From Hemiscyllium ocellatum (lineage: Eukaryota): DNA of 64,000 bases. Under the pieces are notes generated by a model, which was given only the letters and a program-made list of their open reading frames with translations, did no database searches and was not told the DNA's origin. This document shows positions 63,720 through 64,000 of this stretch, piece after piece. The stretch's first letter is position 1. Each line of letters opens with the position of its first letter. Both the position numbers and the translations under genes were made by a program. The stretch spans positions 3,968,001-4,032,000 of the forward strand of contig NW_026867487.1 of NCBI RefSeq assembly GCF_020745735.1, given 5' to 3'.

Positions 63720-64000
63720 GAGCTATTTCTCTTTAGTGGCTGGCATTGCTACAATAGGGCAATGTGGTGGTTGAGAAATAGTGGGCAAATACCTTCGATT
63801 TTCTTGACTGCATTTGTTAAATTACGCGAAAGAAGCATGAGTGGCTGAAGTCAGACTCGCAGAGACCTCGAATTTCAGTTTTGCTTTCAGTTGGAGTTTG
63901 GAGTTGGCTGTTGATGCTGGTGCATACCGTTCTCTCTCTCTCTCTCTCTCTGCACCTCGCTGTCAGCCGTAGGGAAAGGCTTCGTCGCTCTATTTCTCTC
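63720..64000. mobile_element. Possible LTR-like element running off the window, with a (CT)n tract
   Basis: Organisation resembles 17170-18006 (tttcagttttgctttcagttggagttt...ctctctctc); unconfirmed. Confidence 0.3.

Noticed and set aside
63700-63830. Possible first exon of the GPR139-like gene (HCPIVAMP resembling YYPIxA)
   Set aside because: It has no donor site, lacks a proper frame from an ATG and lies in probable LTR-like DNA.
1-64000. CRISPR arrays, operons, rRNA or true tRNA genes
   Set aside because: None seen. The DNA is intron-containing vertebrate sequence, and the tRNA-like boxes belong to SINE heads.

Overview
Vertebrate genomic DNA, most likely a cartilaginous fish (shark); this is inferred from the V-gene style and from CR1-type LINEs, tRNA-derived SINEs and Penelope-like elements of shark type. 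The window is part of the variable-segment array of a T-cell receptor alpha/delta-type locus. I can read about 11 V segments or remnants in both orientations. Most have a leader exon, a phase-1 intron, a V exon and a 23-type RSS. Only two look fully intact: 23437-24533 (-) and 52848-53286 (+). A third (55886-56977, +) has an open frame but a damaged RSS and promoter. The first V (1045-1515) is a pseudogene whose sequence looks more like an Ig heavy-chain V than a TCR V. Three members of the shark-expanded GPR139/142-like 7TM receptor family lie among the V segments: one intact coding exon (62177-63099, -) and two pseudogenes. The array shows inverted and direct duplications, including an inverted copy of a convergent V pair and a roughly 4 kb direct segmental duplicate. 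The rest is LINE, SINE, Penelope and microsatellite DNA, plus two assembly gaps. I found no D, J or C segments, no NAR-TCR cassette and no prokaryotic-type features. I cannot demonstrate a new biological system. The best leads are the Ig-like V inside the TCR array and the GPCR genes that would be deleted or inverted by V(D)J recombination.
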